Source: Thainema sp. (GTDB lineage: Bacteria; Cyanobacteriota; Cyanobacteriia; Phormidesmidales; Phormidesmidaceae). Taken from it: a DNA stretch of 64,000 nt. Made by a program: the position numbers and the translations under genes. The notes under the pieces are model-generated. The model was not told the DNA's origin, did no database searches, and was given only the letters and a program-made list of their open reading frames with translations. Location of the stretch: the NCBI GenBank assembly GCA_052168235.1, contig JBQLZK010000031.1, forward strand, positions 1 to 64,000, read 5' to 3'. Positions within the stretch are counted from its first letter, which is position 1, and every line of letters begins with the position of its first letter. This document shows, piece after piece, positions 17,469 to 28,739 of the stretch.

Positions 17469-19232
17469 ATGGCTCAATCGTCTCATCGTCACGCATGGAT
17501 CTTAGGCATCACGATTGGAGTCGGGGTGAGCCTATCTGCGATCGCAACTTTATTTGTCCATCGCTGGGAACTGTCGCAGCAGCAAAACCGCTTTCAGCAG
17601 CAAATTGAAAATTTGGCCATTGCCCTCCAGCGGAGCCTCAATCGCTATACCGACGTGCTGGTGTTTTTGGGTGATCACTACGGTGTAAGTCAGGGGCAGG
17701 TAGAGCGCCAGGACTTTGAGCAGTTTGTGCTGCGATCGCTGAATACCTATCCCGGCATTCAGGCTTTGGAATGGGCACCGTTAGTACCGCAGTCCGAACG
17801 CAGTGCGTTTGAGCAAACAATTCAAACCGAGGGCTTTCCAAAATTTCAAATTACTGAACTCACCGACGATGATCGTCTCGTGCCTGCGGGTGAGCGCCCT
17901 ACCTATATTCCCGTCACTTACGTTGCGCCGCTGGACGGAAACGAAGCCGCGCTGGGGTTTGATCTCAACTCCAGTTCTGCTCGTGTTGCGGCCATTGAAC
18001 CCGCCAGAGATAGCGGCAGCGTTCAGGCCACAGGCCGGATTCGCCTGGTACAAGAACAGCGGAATCAATACGGCTTTCTTGTCGTTCTGCCGCTGTATCA
18101 AACTGCTGATATTCCAGCAGATCAGGCCACCCGGCAGGCGCAGTTCGAGGGGGTTTTACTCGGTGTGTTCCGCGTCTCAGATGTGGTGGAAGAAGCGCTA
18201 CAGGACTTGAGCGTTGAAATTGACTTTGTTCTTTCTGACCAAAACGCTACGGCTGATCAGCAGTTTCTAGGCCGCTACGATGCCGAGCGGCAAGCGGTCA
18301 TGGCTGTAGAGGAAGATACGAGTGGAAAGAATGTGCGATCGCAGTTTTTCTGTCGAAGGCCAATCGCCTGCACCCGCACACTGGAGATTGGACAGCGGCA
18401 GTGGCTGGTTCAATTTGCTCCGGCTGCCAATTATCCGCTCACCGCTAGCTACGGCACGTGGATTACACTACTGACCGGATTGCTGCTGACGGGGAGTTTG
18501 GCCCTATTTTTGCAGAACTTGCAGAATGAACTGCTGCGAACTCAGGCTCTAAACGACCTGAAGCAGCGGTTTTTCTCAATGGCTTCCCATGAACTGCGTA
18601 CGCCCCTCAGCACAATTTTGCTCTCAGCCGAATTGCTCCAGGTTAACGATGGTCAGCCTGATCAGCTTTCTGACACTCAGACGCGAACCAATATTCAGCG
18701 CATTCATCTGACTGCCCAGCAGATGAGCCAGCAGATTACTGATTTGCTGACGCTGACGCGGGCTGAGGCGGGCAAATTAGAGTTCAACCCAGAGCTGTTG
18801 GACATCTCTGTCTATTGTCAGCAGGTGCTTGATCATGTTCAAGCCGGAATTAAGCAGCCCATTATATTTAGCCACCCCAATCAGCCAATTAAAGCGTTTT
18901 GGGATAAAAAGTTGGTGCGATCGCTCTTGGGCAATTTGCTCTCCAATGCCGCTAAATATTCGCCGGATGACACATCGATTCAGGTCAATCTCAGTAGTAA
19001 TGGTCAAGTTGCGATGTTAACAATCTGCGATCGCGGTATTGGTATTCCGGCTGCTGATTTGCCCCATATTCAAGCGGCCTTTCAACGAGCCAGTAATGTG
19101 GGTGACATTGCTGGTACGGGCCTAGGACTGGCCATCGTTGACGCTTGCGTCGCTCTGCATAGCGGCAATTGGCACATTGACAGTACTGAAGAAAAGGGCA
19201 CTACGGTCACGGTCAATCTGCCCCTAGAATAA
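17469..19232 (+). CDS. CHASE-domain sensor histidine kinase
   Basis: TM-CHASE (PGIQALEWAP, NEAALGFDL)-TM, followed by [14 protein letters not shown] and GTGLGL. Confidence 0.93.
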   Translation: MAQSSHRHAWILGITIGVGVSLSAIATLFVHRWELSQQQNRFQQQIENLAIALQRSLNRYTDVLVFLGDHYGVSQGQVERQDFEQFVLRSLNTYPGIQALEWAPLVPQSERSAFEQTIQTEGFPKFQITELTDDDRLVPAGERPTYIPVTYVAPLDGNEAALGFDLNSSSARVAAIEPARDSGSVQATGRIRLVQEQRNQYGFLVVLPLYQTADIPADQATRQAQFEGVLLGVFRVSDVVEEALQDLSVEIDFVLSDQNATADQQFLGRYDAERQAVMAVEEDTSGKNVRSQFFCRRPIACTRTLEIGQRQWLVQFAPAANYPLTASYGTWITLLTGLLLTGSLALFLQNLQNELLRTQALNDLKQRFFSMASHELRTPLSTILLSAELLQVNDGQPDQLSDTQTRTNIQRIHLTAQQMSQQITDLLTLTRAEAGKLEFNPELLDISVYCQQVLDHVQAGIKQPIIFSHPNQPIKAFWDKKLVRSLLGNLLSNAAKYSPDDTSIQVNLSSNGQVAMLTICDRGIGIPAADLPHIQAAFQRASNVGDIAGTGLGLAIVDACVALHSGNWHIDSTEEKGTTVTVNLPLE

Positions 19233-19335
19233 TATCAAGTCCGTATAGTATGAACCCAGTTTATTTTCTGCAAAATGCTCGCGGTGCAAGCATTTTGCAG
19301 AAAATAAACAATGGGTTTTCAACCGGACTTTGTAT
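19232..19335. mobile_element. Hairpin mini-element, family B
   Basis: Imperfect TIRs ATATCAAGTCCG / CGGACTTTGTAT; 21-bp perfect stem 19259-19279/19289-19309. Confidence 0.7.
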
Positions 19336-19435
19336 AAAGTCCACAAATACACGCGATGTAGGAGAGTTGGCGTAGCCATGCCCAGAGGGCTATATGGCCA
19401 TTCGCCCTTACAGGATTGCCAACGTATCAATCTAC

Positions 19436-20857
19436 CTATTCTCGACTGCCCGGAATAACAATGTTCAGCACCAGAGCAGCCATGCCTCCCGTTGCGATTC
19501 CAGACGAGAAGACACTTTTAATCAAATAGGGCGTATTTTCTAGAATCTCGGGCACAAACGACACGCCCATGCCTAAACCGAGCGACACGATTAGAATTAG
19601 CGTGTTGCGCCGACTCAAATTGACGCCGTGTAGAATCTTGATGCCAGCCGTCACCACTGAGCTAAACATCAGCAGCGTTGCACCGCCCAAAACGGGTTGA
19701 GGCATAGCTTGGAACAGACCACCAATAATGGGAAACAGTCCCAGTATGAACAACATCCCGGCGATAAAGTAACCGACATAGCGGCTGCCAACGCCTGTTA
19801 GCTGAATCACACCGTTGTTTTGGCTAAACGTTGTGTTGGGAAAAGTGTTGAAGCAGGCTGCAATTAACGAGTTGACGCCATCAGCAAGAATGCCACCTTT
19901 CACCCGCCGCAGATAGGTTTTACCTTCAATCGGTTCGCCCACCAGCATGGAAGTAGCGGCCAAATCACCAATTGATTCGATCGTCGTGATCACATACAGA
20001 AACGCCAGGGGAATAAAGCCTGCGATGCCAAAATCAAACCCATAACGAAAGGGAATCGGCACCGTCACATAGGGAAGCTGGCTGAGACCACTGAAATCCA
20101 GCATGCCCAGGGGCAGGGCGACGAGATAGCCGACAATCAACCCAATCAGAATCGCGGACATCCGGAGAAAGGAGCTGCGGGTGCAGTTAAGCACAACAAT
20201 CACCGTCAACACCAACAGGGACACAATCAAATTTTGAGGTGTCGCAAATGTGCCATTTGCGATCGCAGCTGAGCCTCCGCCCATTGCGGTAATAGCAACC
20301 CGAATCAGACTTAGACCAATCATGACGACGACAATTCCACTCACTAGCGGTGTCATCACCTTTTTTAGAGGTTCAATAAACTGGCTAAGAATAATTTCGA
20401 CAAACGCACCCAGCATACAAATTGTCAGCAAATAGGCCAGAGTTTGGGTGGGAGAACGTCCTCCCGCCACAGCCGCCGTACCGACAGTCACAATCGTGCC
20501 AACAAAGGCAAAACTGGTGCCCTGAATACTCAATAATCCTGAACCGACTGGGCCAATTCGATGCACTTGAATAAAAGTAGCAATGCCGGAAATAAACAGC
20601 GACATACTGATTAGAAAGCTGGTATCGGAGGCTTCTAAACCAATGCTGCTGCCAACTACAATAGCGGGGGCAATAATGTTTACAAAAGCGGCCAAAACGT
20701 GTTGTAAAGCAGCAGCAAGGGTTTCCCGCAGCGGTGGCTTAGCGTACAAGCCATAAATCATGTCAGTGGCCTGTGACTCCGGCGATTCGGGCGGTTCTTC
20801 AAGCGCCTGAGCGGTGCCAGCAGCCGTGGCTAATCTCAACGGATCGTGATCAGTCAT
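19436..20857 (-). CDS. NCS2 nucleobase:cation symporter, xanthine/urate type
   Basis: TM1 QH motif; NAT signature TFSQNNGVIQLTG (XanQ/XanP-like). Confidence 0.93.
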   Translation of the reverse strand: MTDHDPLRLATAAGTAQALEEPPESPESQATDMIYGLYAKPPLRETLAAALQHVLAAFVNIIAPAIVVGSSIGLEASDTSFLISMSLFISGIATFIQVHRIGPVGSGLLSIQGTSFAFVGTIVTVGTAAVAGGRSPTQTLAYLLTICMLGAFVEIILSQFIEPLKKVMTPLVSGIVVVMIGLSLIRVAITAMGGGSAAIANGTFATPQNLIVSLLVLTVIVVLNCTRSSFLRMSAILIGLIVGYLVALPLGMLDFSGLSQLPYVTVPIPFRYGFDFGIAGFIPLAFLYVITTIESIGDLAATSMLVGEPIEGKTYLRRVKGGILADGVNSLIAACFNTFPNTTFSQNNGVIQLTGVGSRYVGYFIAGMLFILGLFPIIGGLFQAMPQPVLGGATLLMFSSVVTAGIKILHGVNLSRRNTLILIVSLGLGMGVSFVPEILENTPYLIKSVFSSGIATGGMAALVLNIVIPGSRE

Positions 20858-21092
20858 TGGAGTTTACCTCTAATTCAATTCCCCAAAAATCAGATATGCG
20901 CTAAGATTGCATCAATCGCTACAAAATTATTGATGTAAAATCTGATTGCTTTGGGATATTGAGGTCTAAGGTATAAAGATTAGGTAGAGCTTTTTGGGAT
21001 AATATTGTGGAGAAATCGGGGAGAATGTCATCCCCTAATCACACTTGCTTATAGTCCCCCCAAATTAATTATTTAAATATCACTATCTACTG

Positions 21093-21185
21093 ATAGCTGT
21101 AGTCACCTTTGTTAGAACACGGGCTTTTTTGTGACGCGGCAAAGCCGCACCACAAAACGTTTTAACCAACATGGCTATCGCTATA
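21093..21185. repeat. Hairpin mini-element with TAGC...GCTA ends
   Basis: TAGCTGTAGTCA / TGGCTATCGCTA termini and internal stem ttttgtg..gcggc/gccgc..cacaaaa; similar termini at 49221-49315. Confidence 0.5.
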
Positions 21186-21273
21186 GTTTCGGATTTACAA
21201 AATTCATACAAGAGGTGATCGAATCGTTGCATTGCGGCGGTCAGATCATCGCTTTTGAGTTTGTATAAACGTT

Positions 21274-21966
21274 TTAAGACGACTGGTTATGTTCCAAGGG
21301 TTTGAGGCGATAGCCTACTCCGTGAATCGTTTCAATAAAATCTTTAGGCGCACCTGCCGCTTTCAGTTTGGCACGCAGGTTTTTAATATAGGTTTTCATC
21401 GTGTCTTCTTCGGGGATATCCTGCCATGTCCAGACCTCTTCAATAATGGCGGCTCGGCTCAAAACCCGCTTCCCGTGACGCAACAAGGTTTCCATCAAGG
21501 CAAACTCCTTGGGAGTTAGTCGAATCGGTGAACGCCCATACATCACTTCATAGCTACTGGGATCGAGCGATAACTCGCCCCAGCTTAAAACGGGTGGCGT
21601 GCCAGTCTGTCCCCGCCGCAGTAATGCCCGAATCTGGGCCAGCAACTCCTGCAAATTGAATGGTTTGACCATGTAAGCATCGGCCCCAGAATCTAGCCCA
21701 ATTACTTTATCGAGGCTGGTGTCACGAGCTGTCAGCATGAGCACAGGCAGGAGATATCCGCGATCGCGCAATCGCTGGCAGAGCTTAATCCCATCCAGCT
21801 TGGGCAGGGTGACATCCAGCAAAATCAGATCGTAGGTGAAGCTGCAAATCCGATCCCAAGCTGATTCTCCGTCTCGCGCCACATCAACTGCATATCGCTG
21901 GGCGACCAGTGCTTCAGCTAGGGATTCAGAGAGTCGGATATCGTCTTCTACCAGCAAGATTTGCAT
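21274..21966 (-). CDS. OmpR-family response regulator
   Basis: REC (ILLVEDD, LLDVTLP, KPF) plus winged helix (IETIHGVGYRL). Confidence 0.96.
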   Translation of the reverse strand: MQILLVEDDIRLSESLAEALVAQRYAVDVARDGESAWDRICSFTYDLILLDVTLPKLDGIKLCQRLRDRGYLLPVLMLTARDTSLDKVIGLDSGADAYMVKPFNLQELLAQIRALLRRGQTGTPPVLSWGELSLDPSSYEVMYGRSPIRLTPKEFALMETLLRHGKRVLSRAAIIEEVWTWQDIPEEDTMKTYIKNLRAKLKAAGAPKDFIETIHGVGYRLKPLEHNQSS

Positions 21967-22120
21967 TGTTCTATCCTGCTTGATCGGCCAAAGTTCAGCA
22001 CACTGTATCCTGACACACTCTGATCATTAGAAATGTAGGCTTGCTGACCAAAGGCAAGCAGGTCCTGTCGCAAGTCTGCGATTGCTGATTTTATAGCGGT
22101 TCTGGATATGCAAGTGGCGG

Positions 22121-23917
22121 CTACACCCTGAAAGGTAGCTTAATTACGAAGCAGGTTCCCTCACCAGGAGCAGATTTGCAGGTCAAGAAACCTTTGTGAG
22201 CTTCGGTAATAATTTGATAACTGATTGAAAGGCCCAAGCCTGTACCTTTACCCACAGGTTTAGTCGTAAAGAATGGATCAAATAAGCGGTTTTGCACCCG
22301 CTCTGGAATACCAGGGCCATTATCTGCAATTCGAATCTCGACCCAATGATGATCTAGGACTGCCGTTGTAATGGTAATTGTAGGATTGGATGGTGGCGGT
22401 GCTGTTTCTAGTGCGTCAATTGCATTGCCAAGGATATTCATAAACACCTGATTCAGCTGTCCGGCATAGCATTCAATCAGGGGCAGCGTTCCATAGTCAC
22501 GAGTCACTTGGACAGCCGAAGAATCGGCGGTTGCTTTGAGGCGATTATTCAAAATAATCAGCGTACTTTCAATGCCATCGTGAATATCAACCTCTTTGAT
22601 CGCGGCTTCATCTAGACGAGAAAAGGTGCGGAGCGACTTAACAATTTCACAAATGCGGGTTGTCCCGTCCTCCATGGAGCGAATAATTTTGGGAAAATCG
22701 GTTTGCAGAAACGGCAGATCGATATCCTCAATCACCGCTTGAATCTCTGGATCGGGATCAGGATAGCGGCTTTGATACAGATCAATTAGCCGCATAATCT
22801 CTTCGGTATAGAAAAGAGCATGCTTCAGGTTGCCGTGAATGAAATTAACCGGATTATTGATTTCATGGGCGATGCCCGCCACCATTTGTCCCAAACCCGA
22901 CATTTTTTCACTCTGGATCAGGTGGAGCTGAGTTTGCTTCAACTCATTGAGCGTTTCCTGTAAATCATCGGCCCGCTGTTCCAGAGTTTGATGAGCGGTT
23001 TCTAACTCGCGAGTGTATTGCCCTGCCCAACTGACGAGTTGATTAAGGGCTTGAGCCAGCAGAGAAACTTCGTCTCGTGTTTGGATGGGTGCCTGGAGCT
23101 GAAAGTCATTGTCTTCCGTAACTTTACGGGCCACTGTGGTGAGCTGTTCAATTGGACGTGCGATCGCACGACTGGTAAGGAATGTAAGCATGATCGCTAA
23201 ACCAATGGAAACCGCCATGCTGAGTGCAATAAACAGCAGGCTAAACTGCTCTACTTCCTGTAGCTGAACGGCAGCTTGAGCATAGTCTTGATCAACGATT
23301 TGCTGAAGCCGAGTGAGATCTTCAGACAGTTGCTCAAATCGAGTCGATAGCTCACTGGCGTTTGCACTACCCAATGCTGTAGCTAGAGTTTCTGTCGCTG
23401 CTTGCTTGTTGTCCACACCGTCCAAACTGGCCCATAAATCATGCGAGAACTCTTCATAGGACAGCAGAGTAGCGCGATAGTTATGGGTTAGCTCAACCAT
23501 CTGAGTATTTCGGTGAGACGATGCGATCGCAGATTGGTCAATGTCATTCAACAATTCATTGAGCTGGCGCAGATCCGCATTGAACTGATTAATTTCATAC
23601 TGCATCCAAATCCGGCTGTCCCCTGCGATCGCAAGTAGGCGCAGAGGAGAGGTTTGGATACTTAAGAGACGATTATTAAACTCACTCAGCAACTGCGTTT
23701 GTTGCTCCATCTGCCGGGTTTGAATGAGCGCTGGTTGGGCATACAAATAGCTGCCCAGCAGGCCGCAACTCGTACCCATGACAGCGGTACCCAGAGCTAA
23801 TGCATAGCCATAGCTAATTTTCTTGGAAATGCTCCGATCAATGCCAAATTTTGAACTCAGCCGAGTGAGAATCTGAAACAGGGGTTTAAGCAGCGGTGCC
23901 GGACGATACAACATCAA
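22121..23917 (-). CDS. HAMP-domain sensor histidine kinase
   Basis: Two TMs, [29 protein letters not shown]. Confidence 0.95.
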   Translation of the reverse strand: MMLYRPAPLLKPLFQILTRLSSKFGIDRSISKKISYGYALALGTAVMGTSCGLLGSYLYAQPALIQTRQMEQQTQLLSEFNNRLLSIQTSPLRLLAIAGDSRIWMQYEINQFNADLRQLNELLNDIDQSAIASSHRNTQMVELTHNYRATLLSYEEFSHDLWASLDGVDNKQAATETLATALGSANASELSTRFEQLSEDLTRLQQIVDQDYAQAAVQLQEVEQFSLLFIALSMAVSIGLAIMLTFLTSRAIARPIEQLTTVARKVTEDNDFQLQAPIQTRDEVSLLAQALNQLVSWAGQYTRELETAHQTLEQRADDLQETLNELKQTQLHLIQSEKMSGLGQMVAGIAHEINNPVNFIHGNLKHALFYTEEIMRLIDLYQSRYPDPDPEIQAVIEDIDLPFLQTDFPKIIRSMEDGTTRICEIVKSLRTFSRLDEAAIKEVDIHDGIESTLIILNNRLKATADSSAVQVTRDYGTLPLIECYAGQLNQVFMNILGNAIDALETAPPPSNPTITITTAVLDHHWVEIRIADNGPGIPERVQNRLFDPFFTTKPVGKGTGLGLSISYQIITEAHKGFLTCKSAPGEGTCFVIKLPFRV

Positions 23918-23937
23918 TCAAAATGCCTCTACACCGA

Positions 23938-24828
23938 CTACTCAATGGCGGACGATTGACCAATGGCATAGTAGCTATCTCGCAAACTTTGATAGGTATT
24001 ATCTTCAACCGAAATCATCTGGGATTCTGTGTACTTTTGATTCGCTTCAGACGCGCTGAGCGCCTTCATCAGCACATCTTGATTCGCCAAAATTTGCGAT
24101 CGCAAACTTTCAATGAAGCCTGTTCCTAAACTTGGATTCACCACAAACACATCCGGCGGCAGATCATCGCTCTTGGCAAGCACCTTGATTTCACTACCTT
24201 CCAGTCCCGGTTCCTTCACATACTCGACATAGCGATCGTGGGAATCGGCCCATGCATCTACCTGCCCGGTGCGCAGCGCTTCACAGCCATCGCGATTGAG
24301 CATCAGCACTTCGTAGTCACCCTGGGGCGAAAGGCCAGCATCCAGCAGCAGCTTCATCGGTACGATATGACCAGCAGTCGAACCCTCCGTCCGCATCGCA
24401 ATCTTCTTACCCTTCAGATCCGCCAGCGAGTTAATGCCGCCGTCCACGCGAGTCATAATCATGGAGTAGTAGTTGGAACGAGTGACTCCGACGATGGGAA
24501 CCGCATTGGAGCGCGCCCGCAGCAGCAAATACTCCGACGGGCCAGCCATCGCAAAATCAAGTTCATTTGCCAGTAGAGCCGGAGCCGCCGCTAGATAATT
24601 ATCCACCGGATAAAATTCGACGGGCATTTTCAGCGCCTCCGCCAATGCCTGCCGAAATGCGCCGAAATCCTGCTCTAATTTGTCCGCTCCACTCAAATCG
24701 GTCACTGCAAACCGCAGCTTCTCCAAACGGTTGGTCTCAACAGCAGACTCAGGAGTGGCCGTTCTGGCAAAAGTACAACCACCTAAAAACAACAAGCTAT
24801 AGCCCAGAAAAGTACGTCGTTTTAACAT
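23938..24828 (-). CDS. PhnD-like phosphate/phosphonate-binding lipoprotein (Tat signal)
   Basis: KRRTFL twin-arginine, LGGC lipobox, GSTAGHIVP binding motif. Confidence 0.85.
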   Translation of the reverse strand: MLKRRTFLGYSLLFLGGCTFARTATPESAVETNRLEKLRFAVTDLSGADKLEQDFGAFRQALAEALKMPVEFYPVDNYLAAAPALLANELDFAMAGPSEYLLLRARSNAVPIVGVTRSNYYSMIMTRVDGGINSLADLKGKKIAMRTEGSTAGHIVPMKLLLDAGLSPQGDYEVLMLNRDGCEALRTGQVDAWADSHDRYVEYVKEPGLEGSEIKVLAKSDDLPPDVFVVNPSLGTGFIESLRSQILANQDVLMKALSASEANQKYTESQMISVEDNTYQSLRDSYYAIGQSSAIE

Positions 24829-25267
24829 CGCTGCCTCTAAAGTCCTAGATCGTTATAGATGAACTTAAATCGCGCATTAAAATTCAGAGAGAGAATTTTA
24901 ACCATGACAAAGCGATATTTTTTCTCTCAATATATATATTTCCCAAGATGCGTAACCTGGAAACAGGAATCTGAAAACAATAAATTGGGTTGAATTGTCT
25001 TTATGCTTCCCACGCCGCCGATAAACGTACCACCGTTGGGGGCAATTCATGTCTTCTTAAAAACGAAGCGCCGAAAGTTTACCGATGTCCAATTCCGACT
25101 TTGGTCTGAGTTTTACAGAATACAAGCAGCGATTCTCTGAGCAAACAAAGCGCTATAACAGAGCTAATTGCGATCGCACTAAGTTGATACAGAGCTGTCA
25201 GAAGCGGGGATCACATTCCTCATTTCTCATAGATCGCTGGGAATTGCTGTAGACAAGGGAGAGCATT

Positions 25268-26494
25268 ATGAAAATCCTAGTGCTGAATGCTGGATCGAGC
25301 AGCCAGAAAAGCGGCTTGTACGATATTGGCGATACCCTGCCGGATACTCCGCCTGCCCCACTTTGGGAAGCCCAACTGGACTGGACGCATCAGGAAGGCA
25401 AGGTTGATCTGGAGGTCACAACCCATCACGGTGCCACCTGCCAGCAACAGCTCCAGTCAGATTCTCGCTTTGCCGATACGCAACGCATGTTGGAAAGCCT
25501 CTGGGCGGGCGATACTCAAGTGATCGAAAGCCCACAGCAGATTGATGCCGTCGGTCATCGCGTCGTCCACGGTGGCGAACAGTACGCCAGCAGCACGCTG
25601 ATTACACCGGATGTCAAAGCCACAATCTCGGATCTATCGGCCTTTGCGCCGCTGCATAATCCAGTTAATCTGGACGGCATCGAAATTGCAGAACAGATTT
25701 TAGGGACAAACATTCCTCAAGTAGCGGTGTTTGACACCGCCTTTCATCGTCAAATGCCAGAAGCCGCTTCGGTTTATCCAGGCCCCTATGAGTGGGTCAA
25801 GCAGGGGATTCGTCGCTACGGTTTTCACGGCACTAGCCATCAATACTGCGCACAGCGAGCGGCTCAGCTACTCGATAAACCACTCGCTGAGCTGAAGCTA
25901 ATTGTCTGTCACCTGGGCAACGGCTGCTCTCTGTCCGCCATTCGCGATGGTCGCAGCATTGACACGACGATGGGCTTTACGCCGCTGGATGGTCTGATGA
26001 TGGGTACCCGTTCCGGCTCCGTTGATCCGGGTATTTTGATCCATCTGATGCGCCAGAAAAACGATACTGCCAATGATCTAGATCGCTTGCTAAACAAGCA
26101 GTCGGGCCTAAAGGGTTTGTCCGGTGTATCCGGTGATATGCGGCAAATTCAAACTGCGATCGCAGATGGAAACCAGCAGGCCAAACTTGCCTACGATGTG
26201 TTTATTCATCGGCTCCGCTCCTGCATTGGCTCGATGCTGATGAGCCTCAATGGACTAGACGGACTGGTATTTACCGCAGGCATCGGTGAACACTCTGCCC
26301 CAGTGCGTCAGTCCGTCTGTGACGGTATGGAGTTTCTCGGCATCCAGCTTGATCCTCAGAAAAACGAAAACCATCCCAAAGATGCCGACATTGCCACATC
26401 CAGTTCCAAAGTCCGCGTTTTTGTCATTCACACTCAAGAAGACTGGGCCATCGCCCGCGACACCTGGCAAGTCCTCCACCCCAACCACCCCTGA
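25268..26494 (+). CDS. ackA: Acetate kinase
   Basis: ILVLNAGSSS, GHRVVHGG, RRYGFHGTSH, HLGNG, MGTRSG. Confidence 0.98.
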   Translation: MKILVLNAGSSSQKSGLYDIGDTLPDTPPAPLWEAQLDWTHQEGKVDLEVTTHHGATCQQQLQSDSRFADTQRMLESLWAGDTQVIESPQQIDAVGHRVVHGGEQYASSTLITPDVKATISDLSAFAPLHNPVNLDGIEIAEQILGTNIPQVAVFDTAFHRQMPEAASVYPGPYEWVKQGIRRYGFHGTSHQYCAQRAAQLLDKPLAELKLIVCHLGNGCSLSAIRDGRSIDTTMGFTPLDGLMMGTRSGSVDPGILIHLMRQKNDTANDLDRLLNKQSGLKGLSGVSGDMRQIQTAIADGNQQAKLAYDVFIHRLRSCIGSMLMSLNGLDGLVFTAGIGEHSAPVRQSVCDGMEFLGIQLDPQKNENHPKDADIATSSSKVRVFVIHTQEDWAIARDTWQVLHPNHP

Positions 26495-26630
26495 CTACTA
26501 TTTACTACTCACTCCATCTACCCTCCTACCCTCCTACTCCCCACCCATCTATCCACCCCCGACAGAAGGCAAACTCAGCCAAATTATGCTAAACCCGTAG
26601 CGTTGGCCTGTCCTAAACCAAACTCTGACT

Positions 26631-27908
26631 ATGCTTTTTCAGTTTGTATGCCGTTTCCGACTTGCCCTCTTGATCAGCTGTTTTCTCGGTCTGGTCGCTT
26701 GTAGTGGCACATCCGATGAATCCCAAAGTATGACCGACAGTACGGCGGAATCCTCCACTTCATCCTCGGTTGAATCAGACGTATCAGAACCGGAGCAGCC
26801 CACATCCGTAGCGCAAGCACCAGCCTCAGATGTCAATCTGACCAGTAGCTGCACGCTTATCGAGTCAGGTTATGGCCCTCAGGGCAGCGTCAATATTCAA
26901 GTTGAAGAAGTCGTCAACGGGTTAGAAGTGCCTTGGGGCATCGCCTTTTTGCCTAACGGCGACATGTTGGTCACTGAGCGAGCTGGACAGGTACGACTGG
27001 TACAGAATGGGCAGCTTCAAGCCTCTCCCGTCGTCACAATTCCGGCAACGGAACAGGGCGAGGGTGGTTTACTTGGCATTGCTCTCCATCCCAATTTTGC
27101 AGAAAATCGCTTTTTCTATCTCTACTACACCACCGACGAAGGTGGCGCATTGACCAACCGTGTCGAGCGCTGGCAGCTGGCTGAAAACAACCAATCAGCC
27201 ACCGCCGATCAAATCATCGTGTCCGATATTCCCGTTGCCACCTATCACAACGGGGGCCGTTTGCGGTTTGGCCCCGATGGCATGCTCTACATCGGTACAG
27301 GCGATGCTCGCAATCCTGACCTTGCCCAGAATCCCGACAGCTTAGCGGGCAAGATCTTACGAGTGACGCCGGATGGACAGGTACCTGCCGATAATCCATT
27401 TCCCAATAATCCGGTCTATATTCTTGGTATTCGTAACACGCAAGGGTTTGACTGGCCCAACGAGTCGATCATGTGGGTGAGTGATCACGGGCCCAGTGGA
27501 GACTTGGGGCGACGGGCACATGACGAAATTAACGTTGCCAAAGCCGGAGATAACCTGGGCTGGCCAGCAATCTACCGCTGCGATACTCAGGCCAACTTGC
27601 GGCGTCCCGTTCTGACCTGGGCCAATGCAACACCACCCGGAGGGGCAGCAATTTACACAGGCAATGCCATCCCAGAATGGCAGGGTGATTTCATCGTCGG
27701 TACATTGCGATCGCAACATCTCCACCGCGTATCCCTCAGTCCCACGGGTGAGCTAGAGCAGCATGAGGTGTACCTACAAGACGAGTATGGCCGACTGCGC
27801 GAGGTGATCATGGGGCCAGATGGCGACCTCTATGTGACAACCAGCAACTGCGATGGTCGAGGCGGCTGTCCGGCTGGTGGCGATAAAATCCTCCGCATCA
27901 CTCGCTAA
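26631..27908 (+). CDS. PQQ-dependent sugar dehydrogenase (glucose/sorbosone dehydrogenase family) lipoprotein
   Basis: LVAC lipobox; GEGGLLGIALHP, HNGGRLRFGPDG and GIRNTQG motifs. Confidence 0.92.
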   Translation: MLFQFVCRFRLALLISCFLGLVACSGTSDESQSMTDSTAESSTSSSVESDVSEPEQPTSVAQAPASDVNLTSSCTLIESGYGPQGSVNIQVEEVVNGLEVPWGIAFLPNGDMLVTERAGQVRLVQNGQLQASPVVTIPATEQGEGGLLGIALHPNFAENRFFYLYYTTDEGGALTNRVERWQLAENNQSATADQIIVSDIPVATYHNGGRLRFGPDGMLYIGTGDARNPDLAQNPDSLAGKILRVTPDGQVPADNPFPNNPVYILGIRNTQGFDWPNESIMWVSDHGPSGDLGRRAHDEINVAKAGDNLGWPAIYRCDTQANLRRPVLTWANATPPGGAAIYTGNAIPEWQGDFIVGTLRSQHLHRVSLSPTGELEQHEVYLQDEYGRLREVIMGPDGDLYVTTSNCDGRGGCPAGGDKILRITR

Positions 27909-27948
27909 TCTTAGTTCTCTCCCTCAACTCTTACTCCCCCTCTAACCT

Positions 27949-28587
27949 CTACAATCTTCCATCACTCCTTCGCGGCGGCAACCCATTCGGAATCGTAAAC
28001 TGCTCATGAGTCAAGCAATAGTCATAACCAGCCATCCGACCGACGGCCATTAGCTTCTGTGTATCCACTCGATAGCGGTCGTCCACCAAGTCATCTCGAA
28101 TAAACAGGTGAATAACTTGCCCAATCACGACATTGAATTCACCAACAGGCACAATCTGTAGAGTGCGGCACTCAAACGCTACGGGTGACTCGGCCACTCG
28201 TGGAGGGCGAACCAGTCTACTCGGCGCTGATGTCAGATCAACATAGTCGAATTCAGATACACCGTAGGGTAACGGTTCTGAAGCTTCTGCTACCTGCTGA
28301 ATGTAAGGTTCTACTGCCAGATTGATCACATATTCACCAATGCCGCCTTCTGTAACTGGACGGACATTGCGCAAGGTATCTTTTTCTGATTGATCAGGCT
28401 TTTTGCTAATACTAAACATCAATGCCAACGGCTTATGTCCTACTGCATTGAAGTAGGAAAAAGGAGCTAAATTTGTCACTCCGTCAGGCGACTGACTGGA
28501 GACAAATGCAATGGGGCGAGGTACGACACTACCAATGAGCAGTTTATATCGAGCAGAGGGTTCGAGGTCTTCTGGATTTAATTCCAT
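27949..28587 (-). CDS. Flavin reductase-like FMN-binding protein
   Basis: VVPRPIAFVSS, NLAPFSYFN, KDTLRN. Confidence 0.92.
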   Translation of the reverse strand: MELNPEDLEPSARYKLLIGSVVPRPIAFVSSQSPDGVTNLAPFSYFNAVGHKPLALMFSISKKPDQSEKDTLRNVRPVTEGGIGEYVINLAVEPYIQQVAEASEPLPYGVSEFDYVDLTSAPSRLVRPPRVAESPVAFECRTLQIVPVGEFNVVIGQVIHLFIRDDLVDDRYRVDTQKLMAVGRMAGYDYCLTHEQFTIPNGLPPRRSDGRL

Positions 28588-28739
28588 AATTGAGCAGACT
28601 GTAAAGCAATAAACTATAGGATAACGGAGACTAATAGCTGGTTTTCAGCCTTATTTGAAATCACCGTTGGCCCAGTCTATTCGGAGAGGTCAAAATTTCA
28701 GTCAAGCGCAAAAAATTACGCACATTCAATAGGAAATCA

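Noticed and set aside
24829..24960. Pho boxes upstream of the PhnD-like gene
   Set aside because: The TTAA motifs are not in the 11-bp register
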